Positions 10,401 through 18,740 of a stretch of DNA of 64,000 nt are shown piece by piece. Origin of the DNA: an uncultured Christensenella sp. (GTDB taxonomy: Bacteria; Bacillota; Clostridia; Christensenellales; UBA3700); NCBI GenBank assembly GCA_910584975.1, contig CAJUEA010000001.1:127127-191126 (forward strand), in the 5' to 3' direction. The position numbers were made by a program, and so were the translations under genes. A model generated the notes under the pieces. The model worked only from the letters and a program-made list of their open reading frames with translations. It was not told the origin of the DNA and did no database searches. How positions within the stretch are numbered: position 1 is the stretch's first letter; the number at the start of each line of letters is the position of its first letter.

Positions 10401-12201
10401 ATATTTATTAAACGATGTTGAGCAAAATGGTGAGTTTGTATATAAAAAAATCTTTGAAGGAAATTATGGGGACGAAATCATTTTTAATGGAAATGAATTT
10501 AAAGATAAAGCTGGATATAAATTAGTGGCATTGCGAGTGCATAATAATACAGAGGAGAATTATAATGGGAAATTTATTGGTACTAGTTTGGCACCAGGAA
10601 ATTACTTCTATGACTTTAATTCTAATAAAATCCAGAAAATGCCAGACTTATCAATAGGAATTCAATTGGATGGGACAGATATATATTTGGAGGCAGTTTA
10701 TGAAGGACTAGAATATCAAGTTAGTTTGTCAGTTGATGATGAAATTTTATATAAAATTGTGGTGTTTGGTATGCCATATAATACTAGCAATGATAATGCT
10801 TTTCCAGTTCCACAAAAATTAGGGTATGATTTTAATGGATGGTGGACAGAAGAAAATGGTAGTGGTTCAAGGATAGTAGATGGAAATGGCAATCTAGAAA
10901 ATGATGTATGGAATATATCGTATAACCTTACATTATATGCCGACTTTGAATTATTAATTTATTCAATAACATATGATACAAATGGTGGAACAGATTTGGT
11001 AGATCCACCAATAAGATATAGTGTGCTAAGTGCTTTTGAGTTGCCAACAACAGACAAGTTTGGTGATGTGTTGGCGGGCTGGGAGTGCGAAGGAGAAATA
11101 ATTCAAGAAATAAAAAAAGGAACAATAGGAAATTTGGAGCTAAAAGCAAAATGGAAGGCTAAATATGTTGGTCTTGGTGGTAGTGGTTCCATAACTCTTA
11201 AAGATGAAGTTGTTATTTTTAATGCCGCCGATGTTTTTGGAAGTGCTAAGCAGAATATAAGTATTTCACAGTATGTAAGTGAAGTAACATTTATTGGAAA
11301 ACAAAGTTTATTAACGCCCCAAAGAAGTATTTATGTCCAATCAAGAAAAACTCCGTTAATACTTAGGTTTAAAAATGTTGCTATTAAAGGGCAGGACGGG
11401 GATTATGCTTTAGATGCAAGTGGTTGTGAAGATTTGATATTGGAGGCGTATGGGGTTTCTTTTTATTCAGGCAAACACGGTAAAGCTGCTATATTATGCA
11501 AAAATATACATATTAAAGGTGAATCGTTAGGTGCTTTTGGGCACGATTCATATAGTTCGCAAAATTCAGGTGCATCTGGAATTCAGTCTGTAGGAGGATA
11601 TAAAATTGAAATATCAGCGCAATCAGTAACTTGTAAAGGTGGTTCTGGAGCACAAGGATCAACAGGTAGTGACGCAAAAGCAATGAATCAATTTCCACCA
11701 AAGGCAGCCGCAGGAAAAGTAGGGGCAACTGGTTATACAGGTTACACTGGAGGTGCTGGTGGAAAAGGTAGTAATGGTGGTTATGGTATTTGTAATTTTG
11801 ACTCAGTTGTAATTCATAGCAATTCTATAGTAAATTTGCAAGGCGGCGATGGTGGCGCTGGAGGAACTGGCGGAAGAGGTGGAACTGGCGGAAGAGGCGG
11901 AGCTGGTGGAGATGCTAAATTTCCATTAACTGGAAAGGCTGGTGGCACTGGTGGTACAGGTGGAACTGGCGGAGCTGGTGGAGCTGGTGGCAATAAGGGG
12001 CACGGAATTATTGCAAATAGTATTATTGGAAATTATACAGCCACAAATGGACAAGTCGGCAAAGGTGGACAAGGTGGTCTTGGTGGCACTGGTGGTGCAG
12101 GAGGAGTTGGTGGATTTTATTTAAATAGTAATAAAACGCATGATCAAGGCAAATCAGGTGCTAGAGGTAGTAATGGCCCACAAGGAGCAGATGGAGTCTA
12201 A
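7429..12201 (+). CDS. 1590-aa secreted repeat protein: signal peptide, unknown ~500-aa N-terminal region, PPC-like segment, several Listeria-Bacteroides (Flg_new-type) repeats, beta-helix-like segment, C-terminal Gly-X-Y/GGX glycine-rich tip
   Basis: N-terminal signal (…CTFNWHNVFA|EQ); repeats of the type GYxFxGW…G…; e.g. GYVFYGWYDNPEFYGEKI, GFVFKGWADINNDKN, GYDFNGWWTEENGSG, LAGWECEGEII…LKAKW; C-terminus GGDGGAGGTGGRGGTGGRGGAGGD…GGTGGTGGTGGAGGAGGN…GKSGARGSNGPQGADGV; no LPXTG or C-terminal TM anchor seen. Confidence 0.8.
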   Translation: MEKSKNKILSFMLAICIVLCSIISICTFNWHNVFAEQNYSITDYTDDDMLLNSKHNIVDYANSTYYEKNGYMVVDLADQYSNNGLYSSTVKYTEDTDRIKKLHANGDDPIVQIVPKELFKTANDGIVEIGKEYGFFIKTDEVVDGVYVSTISVFDITNKVKDEEVKDSAIFSLKHLFQREFVYVAKSVYAIPIRSVRLQRPYSQANDKMELVISVTDSVVGNVLPVPYMVANDHYIFVDIQNYYMTNIYNMIAVMNEQHLNEGDDGYDPIKDKGRYIIQKDTEYKSKIHNVKKKEDIAAEHIDICLGVAMDVLDGVVGHFVPGYSIVKPILDIANDFLSTEREWTEDYEKQFSYKPEYVTSQGMIKEKGGLSRMAQTSLEINKEKYGDGSFMFYDRDDFFSSKYILPYTPVETSDGAYKTPWDARIRRGFVVEFTNASNSSQIVVGCNVHDFIKKGEEEGEYKDLADDDIVSILPNGENLFKYTPERSGNYDIKTIGANKSIVLEQINTSFESQSSKNTTGFDKVLNVDMEKGKTYYFKISCVNKFDNNKFKINIDFAPQKVILGNNQIDLKYNDNYFQFLPNKNIYYKFINDNDKFDYTIFDKNFNLISENTDINDLFELTENEVYYILIDKTNIDEVQKVNLFIKDEIHITFENIDKVTDLDKLFIYSFVDKTKLPNINLVGYNFEGFWTSFQPYGVLVNDENIKQIINQPEITLYVKLVPIEYDVVYIVNGGSEIENGKYIIEHIYELRQDTNKDGYVFYGWYDNPEFYGEKIERIDKGNIGNRTFYAKWIQDKFDIKLNVNSEFTDDISAYIATNQIEVNYKQNYILPIPEIKGFVFKGWADINNDKNMFTNANGESLNIYLQENDIELIAIWKREEYFIGIDNNGVLSWLTQAGDRFEISDEKVSIDYNPNLCPNCNILTYLSSNPLYPQYIDKNFFEEGHVFTNMLTNKNDQTSIACWHNTAQSLEDGQTIMLYAGHRQETNFKLYLLNDVEQNGEFVYKKIFEGNYGDEIIFNGNEFKDKAGYKLVALRVHNNTEENYNGKFIGTSLAPGNYFYDFNSNKIQKMPDLSIGIQLDGTDIYLEAVYEGLEYQVSLSVDDEILYKIVVFGMPYNTSNDNAFPVPQKLGYDFNGWWTEENGSGSRIVDGNGNLENDVWNISYNLTLYADFELLIYSITYDTNGGTDLVDPPIRYSVLSAFELPTTDKFGDVLAGWECEGEIIQEIKKGTIGNLELKAKWKAKYVGLGGSGSITLKDEVVIFNAADVFGSAKQNISISQYVSEVTFIGKQSLLTPQRSIYVQSRKTPLILRFKNVAIKGQDGDYALDASGCEDLILEAYGVSFYSGKHGKAAILCKNIHIKGESLGAFGHDSYSSQNSGASGIQSVGGYKIEISAQSVTCKGGSGAQGSTGSDAKAMNQFPPKAAAGKVGATGYTGYTGGAGGKGSNGGYGICNFDSVVIHSNSIVNLQGGDGGAGGTGGRGGTGGRGGAGGDAKFPLTGKAGGTGGTGGTGGAGGAGGNKGHGIIANSIIGNYTATNGQVGKGGQGGLGGTGGAGGVGGFYLNSNKTHDQGKSGARGSNGPQGADGV

Positions 12202-12219
12202 CTTTTAAGTGGATTAATT

Positions 12220-12258
12220 AATAACACATCAAAAGAGAAATTCTTTTGATGTGTTATT
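12220..12258. terminator. Bidirectional terminator hairpin between convergent genes
   Basis: 16-bp perfect stem AATAACACATCAAAAG (12220-12235) / CTTTTGATGTGTTATT (12243-12258), A-run before and T-run after. Confidence 0.8.
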
Positions 12259-12367
12259 TTAGTATCGATTTTTGAATGTTTTATGCAATAAAAAGCAAAG
12301 TTTTGATTGTTATTTTGTTTGCATATATGTGTATGTGGTTGCATTTAAAATGAATGCGATAATTATT

Positions 12368-13081
12368 TTATGCACCTATTACATTGCTGACTTTGTCGGC
12401 TTTAATGCCTTTTTGTTTGTAAAACTCAAGTATTTTTGGAAGTGCCTCTGCAGTGCATTTTGTTGGATGCATAAGCACTAAATCGCCGTATGCAATTTTT
12501 TTGGTTGCACGCTCAAAAATAAGTTCGGTGTTTTTATCTCGCCAGTCAATGGTATCTTTTGACCACATTATTGTTTGATAGCCCAAATTGTTTGCAGCTT
12601 TGAGTGTATCGGCAGAAAAAGCCCCAGAAGGTGGTGCAAACAAATTCATTTTGTAACCAATAGTTTTTTCCACAATGTTGTGACACATTGAAATTTCACG
12701 CAAGTTTGCCTCCATATCCAGTTTGTCTTGGTCTTTATGCAAATATCCGTGATTTGCAATTTCGTGTCCACGACTCAAAATTTCTTTTAGCATAGCATCA
12801 TTTTTCGCAACCCAAGAGCCACCAACAAAAAAAGTTGTTTTAACTTCATATTTGTCAAAGGTATCCAGCATATCAGGCAAAAACTCTTCTCCCCAGTAGA
12901 CATTTACCATAAGCGAAACGCTACTGTTTAGTCCATTGCCCTTGTAAATAGGTTTTGGAGTGGCACTTGCAGTTATTGCAAGTGGAGTAAAACACATAGT
13001 AAGCACGGCAAGGCTCACCAATACAATCGCGATAATGCTGTTGGTTAAAAGTTCTTTATGTTTCATATTATCTCCTAACAC
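12368..13081 (-). CDS. Polysaccharide deacetylase (NodB homology domain), PdaB-like
   Basis: N-terminal TM/signal; VNVYWGEEFLPDMLD…TFFVGGSWV…GHEIANHGYLH…LFAPPSG pattern resembles sporulation-type PdaB deacetylases (from memory). Confidence 0.75.
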   Translation of the reverse strand: MLGDNMKHKELLTNSIIAIVLVSLAVLTMCFTPLAITASATPKPIYKGNGLNSSVSLMVNVYWGEEFLPDMLDTFDKYEVKTTFFVGGSWVAKNDAMLKEILSRGHEIANHGYLHKDQDKLDMEANLREISMCHNIVEKTIGYKMNLFAPPSGAFSADTLKAANNLGYQTIMWSKDTIDWRDKNTELIFERATKKIAYGDLVLMHPTKCTAEALPKILEFYKQKGIKADKVSNVIGA

Positions 13082-13083
13082 CT

Positions 13084-13112
13084 AAAATGCTTTTTGTGGG
13101 TATCCCGTAACT
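13084..13112 (-). repeat. Partial copy of the interspersed intergenic repeat family (D-type unit) in the 5' UTR of the deacetylase gene
   Basis: Minus-strand read AGTTACGGGATACCCACAAAAAGCATTTT parallels GATTACGGGGTCCCCACAAAATAGCTTTTT (revcomp of 57.4 kb copy) and GTAATTGGACTCCCACAGAATAGTTTTTT (37.5 kb). Confidence 0.45.
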
Positions 13113-13514
13113 AATTATATGTGTGATAGGATAAAATTAGACTAAAAAGAGAATACTTTTAATTAAAGTGAATTACGGATAAAAATTTTACTTTTGTGTA
13201 TGCATTAAAATAATTTGCATTTTTTGAAATTTGCTTTTTGTTGGCGTTTGTAAAAAAATATTTTTTTATCCAAAAACTTTACTTTATAATAAAAATAATG
13301 TATAATTATATCGTATAAACTGGCAGACTTTTTTTGTGATTAACTTGAGATTTTTTGAGTTAATTGAGGGATGTTGCAAGTAAAATAGCATTAAACGCTT
13401 AAAATATCTTGCTTTATTGATTAGTTTGTCTGTTTTGCAACAATAATTGTGTATTAAAAGCAAATTGTTTAAGGCAGGCTAGACTATTGGCATATTGTCG
13501 CAATTTGCCATAAA

Positions 13515-14834
13515 TTGCAGAATTTGGAATTTGCAAAAGATAAGAAATTTGTTGGGGATATTGGAGATTTAATTTTGGATAATAAAATTATTTATTTTGA
13601 CAGTGGACTTAAGTTGATTCACAAACAAATGCAAGGCGTAAGGTCTGTGGCAATTGGCGTGATGGTTGCTGTTGGCAGCGTGAGTGAAAACGAGCAAAAC
13701 AATGGTATTTCTCACTTTATTGAACACATGATGTTCAAAGGCACAAGCAAGCGTTCTGCTTTTGATATTGTGTGTGAAATTGATGGGCTTGGTGCACAAG
13801 TGAATGCCTACACATCAAAGCAATCAACCTGTTACTACACAATCAGTGTGGATGAATATGCAGAAAATTGCATGGAAATTATGAGTGATTTTTTGTTTAA
13901 TTCCACATTTGACCAAGTGGAAATGGACAAGGAAAAGGGGGTTGTGCTTGAGGAAATTGCAATGAGCGAGGACACTCCTGATGACCTATGTTTGGAGAAT
14001 TTGGCAAGTGCTTACTACAAAGGTAGCAACTTGGGCTATACAATTCTTGGAAATGCTGAAAATATCCGTAATTTTAAAACAGCTGATTTGAAAGATTACA
14101 TCAACAGCAGATATAGTGCAGGCAATATGGTTGTTTCTGTTGTGGGAAATATTTCCGAACAAAAAGCAACAGAGTTGGTATCTAATTATTTTGATAAAAA
14201 TGTGTTTAAAGGTGGCTATAAAATGCAAAAGCAAAGCCACACACCAAAATGCGATAGCGTGGTTACAGTCAAACCACTTGAGCAATCCAACATTGCCATT
14301 GCTTTTCCAAGTTTGGAGTTTGGTGCGCAAAACTATATGTCTTTGCTTGCCTTGAATTCTGCGTTTGGTGGTGGAATGAGCTCTCGACTATTTCAAGAGG
14401 TTAGGGAAAAGAGTGGGCTTGCCTACAATGTCTATTCTTATCCTTCTGCATATTATGGCGATGGAGTGTTTTCAATTTATCTTGGCACAAACCCAAAAAC
14501 AACTGAACAAGCACTTCGCAGCATAAAGCAGGAAATAATCAAGTTGAAAAATAATGGCTTGGGCGAAGATGAACTTGCAAGAGTCAAAAAGCAGTTGAAA
14601 GGCAACTATGCTTTGTCGCAAGAAAGCTCTGCAGCTTTGATGAGAGTGTATGGCAGAAATGCATTGTTTTTGGATGAATATTTTGATTTTGACCAAAAAA
14701 TTGCAGAAATTGACCAAATAACTCAAGATAGTGTGATGGATATTATCAATTACATTTTTGATTTTGACAAAGTTGTAACAAGTTATGTGGGCAAGGAAAT
14801 CAATTTTGACCCATTAAAAATTATTAAAGATTAA
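13515..14834 (+). CDS. M16 family (pitrilysin/insulinase-like) zinc peptidase
   Basis: HFIEHMMFKG = HxxEH zinc motif; two-lobed M16 length; start is TTG with no clear RBS, so the 5' end is uncertain. Confidence 0.85.
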   Translation: MQNLEFAKDKKFVGDIGDLILDNKIIYFDSGLKLIHKQMQGVRSVAIGVMVAVGSVSENEQNNGISHFIEHMMFKGTSKRSAFDIVCEIDGLGAQVNAYTSKQSTCYYTISVDEYAENCMEIMSDFLFNSTFDQVEMDKEKGVVLEEIAMSEDTPDDLCLENLASAYYKGSNLGYTILGNAENIRNFKTADLKDYINSRYSAGNMVVSVVGNISEQKATELVSNYFDKNVFKGGYKMQKQSHTPKCDSVVTVKPLEQSNIAIAFPSLEFGAQNYMSLLALNSAFGGGMSSRLFQEVREKSGLAYNVYSYPSAYYGDGVFSIYLGTNPKTTEQALRSIKQEIIKLKNNGLGEDELARVKKQLKGNYALSQESSAALMRVYGRNALFLDEYFDFDQKIAEIDQITQDSVMDIINYIFDFDKVVTSYVGKEINFDPLKIIKD

Positions 14835-14853
14835 CTATAAAAACAGGTGTGAT

Positions 14854-15228
14854 ATGGATAAATTGGATGAGATTTTTATGATGCAAAAGGCTTTTCAAGA
14901 TGACTTGATTAAAAACAGACATCTTGAGAATATCAAGCCAAATGAATGGATTCAAAAGCAAACTCTTGCAATGATAAGTGAGCTTGCAGAAGTGCTTGAT
15001 GAGGTCAATTTTAAATGGTGGAAAAACGAAAAGCCTATTAACGAGGATGCCGTGAAAGAGGAACTTGTGGATATTTTGCATTTTTTTGTTAGTATGTGCT
15101 TGAGTTATGGTATGACAGCTGAAGAATTGCACGCAATTTATCTTAAGAAAAACAAAGAAAATTTTGATAGACAATACGGAAAATCTGCAAAACAAGGTTA
15201 CGATTTAGGGCAAAATAAAAATAATTGA
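14854..15228 (+). CDS. All-alpha NTP pyrophosphohydrolase, dimeric dUTPase-like (dUTPase_2/MazG-like)
   Basis: 124 aa; pattern …QKQTLAMISELAEVLDEVNFKWWK…VKEELVDILHFFVSM… resembles dimeric dUTPase family from memory. Confidence 0.55.
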   Translation: MDKLDEIFMMQKAFQDDLIKNRHLENIKPNEWIQKQTLAMISELAEVLDEVNFKWWKNEKPINEDAVKEELVDILHFFVSMCLSYGMTAEELHAIYLKKNKENFDRQYGKSAKQGYDLGQNKNN

Positions 15229-15419
15229 TATTAGTATTAATTCAATTATAATTGATATTGGTGAAATTATTTTGGCAAGTTTAGTAAGAAATAAACACTT
15301 TCATTTTAAATTATTTGTCAAACAATATATTTTTCAATGAAGAATCATTAAAAAAATTGCATTTTCAAAAATGGCAACAAACAAAAAATGTTTGAAGTAA
15401 AAACTCTTAGTGAGGGGTT

Positions 15420-18400
15420 ATGGCTAGGAATAACAAAGAAAAAGGAAGAAATGACCATATAATAGAAGGTAGTATAATGCTTGGTATCGGTATAGTTTTT
15501 ATGTTGATACTAGTTGGTGCGTTCGGCAAGGCAGGCAAAGCTGTAACTGACTTTTTTGTCGGCACTTTTGGCTATGCTGTTTATGCTTATTTTTTGGCAT
15601 TGATTATAATAGGGATTTTAACAATTTGCAAGGTTAAAAGACCAAAAATAAAATTGTTGAGACTTTTGTCATTGCTTATGTTTTTTGCAATGGTAATTGC
15701 ACTTTTACATTGCGTTTCATCCTCACAAATTGCAGATAATGGCTATGGAAAATATTTGAGTGATTGTTATAATCTGCACAACACTGCTGGTGGCGTGCTT
15801 GCAGGATTGTTTTTGTATCCACTTTTGCTTGTAGACTTTATGGGTGTGGTGCTTTGTGGAATAATTGCAATGATTTTTGGTGCAATATTTGTGTTTTATG
15901 ATACAATTATTGCAAATTTGAATGTCAAAAACAAAGAGCAATCTGCAAAAATGGTTGATTTTGGTGGAGAGTATGGCATTGTTGAGGAGGAGATTGTCGG
16001 AAACAATCTTCTTGTGGAAGAAGTTGATGTTAAAGACAAGAAAAAACAAAACAACAATGAGGAATATGTTTCATTAGAAGAGGAAAATACAAGCAAAATT
16101 GACCTAGGACTATTTGACAATTACACAATAAATTCAGCAACAAGCCTAAGCGATAGAGAAACTGTTTTGTCTGAAAAAGACAAAAAGAACAGGCGTGATA
16201 CTGCTTTTGAAATTTTGTATGGCGACAGCAGTAAAAAGCAAACAGAGGAGATTGCTCAGGAAAAGCCTGTGCTTGACATTGGCAACAATTCGGAATATCA
16301 AAGCTATACAAATGACTATCGTAAGCGCCAAGTTATTGATGGCTTGCACTCAACTGAAAATGAGTTGTTTTCTGCCAATAAAAATGAAATTGCAAACAAA
16401 GATAACAAAAATGATTCTTCAGCTAAAAAAAATGATTTGAAAGATACTTTTGGCGCAATAAATAATGCTCAAAATGCTGAAAAAGACATGGCTGAAAACA
16501 AAGTGGATGTGCAAGAGAGCAAGCAAGAAAATAAACTTTCTGCTTATGAAGAGTTTATTCGCAAAAACAATCAATCTGCCTTTGGTGGGGAGCAAAAAGA
16601 AGAGCAAAATAGTGCTCAGAAAAAATCCGTTCAAAAACCTGCCGAAAAGCCTGTGTTTGAAACAAAGTATGAGAGAATTGAACCAGTAGTTAATAAAGAG
16701 GTTGAGCAAATCAAAGAGGAGAAAATTGATATTGTCTCTGGCAAGTTTGACGATATGCCTGTTGAAGACAAAACTGCAACTCACAATGAAATTGACGGCT
16801 TTGAATATCTTTTGAAACATCAAAGGGAAGAGCGAGATAGAAAAGATAATGAAATTTTTGAAAGACGCCATAATTTGAGAAACAGCGAAATTGCAGAAAA
16901 TACAGACGAGACTGAAAACAAGTTTGCAGAAATCGAAAGAAAACGCAAAGAAAGAAGTGACAAAGGCGGAGTTCATAATTCATCAAGCAAGCAGTTTGAT
17001 AAGGATGTATTGGAGGATCTTTCTGCAAAGGTGGAGGAAAAGCAAATTCAAACTAACTTGGTAGAGCAAACTGCCACAAAAGAAATCGAGCAGAGTAAAC
17101 CTATTTTTGAGCAAAAGGTTGCACCACAACCTAAGCCAGTAGAGGTGGAAAAAGTTAGCGAAGAGGTGAAAAAACAGAAAACAAGAGTGAAACTTGCACC
17201 TTACAAATTCCCTCCAATTGAGCTTTTGAAAGATTATGACAGCAAACCATCTGCAAGCGAAAACTTTGACGACAAAATTGAAATTTTGGAAACAACATTG
17301 TCAGAGTTTGGTATTGATGCAAAAGTCAACAATGTTGTAACAGGTCCAACTTTTTCAAGATTGGAGCTTGTTATGCCAAAAGGTATTCCTGTAAAAAGAG
17401 TGCTTAGCTATGTTGATGACATTGCAATGTGTCTTGAGGTAAAAAGTGTAAGATGTCAAATCCCAATTCCGGGCAAAAACGCTTTTGGTGTGGAAATTCC
17501 AAATAGTGTAAGGGGTAAGGTTGGACTTAAATCTGTCATTCAATCAGAAAAATTTGCTCACAACAAACATAAACTTGCTTTTGCCGTAGGACAAAACTGC
17601 GACGGCGAAAACTTTGTGGCAGATCTTGCTGCAATGCCTCATTTGCTGATTGCAGGTGCAACAGGTGCTGGTAAGTCTGTTTGCTTAAATTCTTTGATTG
17701 TCTCATTAATTTACAAGTACACCCCAGAGGAAATGAAAATTCTTTTGGTTGACCCTAAGCAAGTTGAACTTAATATGTACAACAGAATTCCACATATGCT
17801 TATCCCTGAGGCAGTGAGTGATAAGGATAAAACTTTGAATTTGCTGGATTGGGCTATTGAGGAAATGGAGTTGCGTTACACAATGTTTAAAGATAGAAGG
17901 GTGCAAAAAATCACTGACTACAACGCAACAATTGATCCTAAAAAAGAAGACAAATTGCCATATATCGTCATTATTATTGATGAGGTAGGCGACTTTATGA
18001 TGGTTATGAAAAAAGAGCTTGAGGAAAGAATTGTTCGTCTTACTCAAAAAGCAAGAGCAGCAGGTATTCACTTGATTCTTGCCACTCAAAGACCATCCGT
18101 GGATGTTATCACTGGTGTCATCAAAGCGAATTTGCCTGCAAGAATTGCGTTTGCAGTTGCAAGTTTCCCTGACAGTAAGACTATTCTTGACCAAGGTGGT
18201 GCAGAAAAACTTTTAAGATACGGCGATATGATTTTCTCTGACGGCGTAAACGACCCTGAAAGATTGCAAGGCACTTTGATTGAAGGAGAGGAAGTTAACG
18301 CAATTTGCGATTATGTTCGTGCAAACAATGAGTGCTATTTTGATAAGGATATTGAAGAATTTATTCTTAACACAAACACAAATACAACTGCAAATGCTGC

Positions 18401-18659
18401 GCAAACAACCTTTGGCGAAAGCTCAGGCGAGCAAGATGATTTGTTTGTTCGTGCACTTTTCAATGTAATCAGTACAGGTGCAGTAAGCATTTCAAAATTG
18501 CAAAGGAAGTTTGGTATTGGGTTCCCAAGAGCTGCAAGATTGGTTGATACAATGGAAGAACTTGGCTATATTGGTGCTGCAAAAGATAACAAACAAAGAG
18601 AAATTTTGATTGATATGCCAACATTCTTGTCAAAGTATGGCGATGTTAGCTTGGAGTAA
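15420..18659 (+). CDS. ftsK: DNA translocase FtsK/SpoIIIE
   Basis: N-terminal 4-5 TM helices, long K/E/N-rich linker, motor domain with Walker A GATGAGKS, Walker B IIIDE, LILATQRPSVDVITG, C-terminal winged-helix gamma domain (ISKLQRKFGIGFPRAARLVDTMEELG). Confidence 0.95.
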   Translation: MARNNKEKGRNDHIIEGSIMLGIGIVFMLILVGAFGKAGKAVTDFFVGTFGYAVYAYFLALIIIGILTICKVKRPKIKLLRLLSLLMFFAMVIALLHCVSSSQIADNGYGKYLSDCYNLHNTAGGVLAGLFLYPLLLVDFMGVVLCGIIAMIFGAIFVFYDTIIANLNVKNKEQSAKMVDFGGEYGIVEEEIVGNNLLVEEVDVKDKKKQNNNEEYVSLEEENTSKIDLGLFDNYTINSATSLSDRETVLSEKDKKNRRDTAFEILYGDSSKKQTEEIAQEKPVLDIGNNSEYQSYTNDYRKRQVIDGLHSTENELFSANKNEIANKDNKNDSSAKKNDLKDTFGAINNAQNAEKDMAENKVDVQESKQENKLSAYEEFIRKNNQSAFGGEQKEEQNSAQKKSVQKPAEKPVFETKYERIEPVVNKEVEQIKEEKIDIVSGKFDDMPVEDKTATHNEIDGFEYLLKHQREERDRKDNEIFERRHNLRNSEIAENTDETENKFAEIERKRKERSDKGGVHNSSSKQFDKDVLEDLSAKVEEKQIQTNLVEQTATKEIEQSKPIFEQKVAPQPKPVEVEKVSEEVKKQKTRVKLAPYKFPPIELLKDYDSKPSASENFDDKIEILETTLSEFGIDAKVNNVVTGPTFSRLELVMPKGIPVKRVLSYVDDIAMCLEVKSVRCQIPIPGKNAFGVEIPNSVRGKVGLKSVIQSEKFAHNKHKLAFAVGQNCDGENFVADLAAMPHLLIAGATGAGKSVCLNSLIVSLIYKYTPEEMKILLVDPKQVELNMYNRIPHMLIPEAVSDKDKTLNLLDWAIEEMELRYTMFKDRRVQKITDYNATIDPKKEDKLPYIVIIIDEVGDFMMVMKKELEERIVRLTQKARAAGIHLILATQRPSVDVITGVIKANLPARIAFAVASFPDSKTILDQGGAEKLLRYGDMIFSDGVNDPERLQGTLIEGEEVNAICDYVRANNECYFDKDIEEFILNTNTNTTANAAQTTFGESSGEQDDLFVRALFNVISTGAVSISKLQRKFGIGFPRAARLVDTMEELGYIGAAKDNKQREILIDMPTFLSKYGDVSLE

Positions 18660-18740
18660 TATTGCATAAGCAAAAAAATGTTGCAATAAATTTGCTTTAA
18701 CAGAAAATTAAATTTTATTTCAAAATACGAGAGGAAAAGA

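Noticed and set aside
12272-12481. Plus-strand ORF 12272..12481
   Set aside because: It runs antisense into the 3' end of the well-supported deacetylase gene and starts in the terminator/motif region. The Cys/Phe-rich translation is not protein-like.
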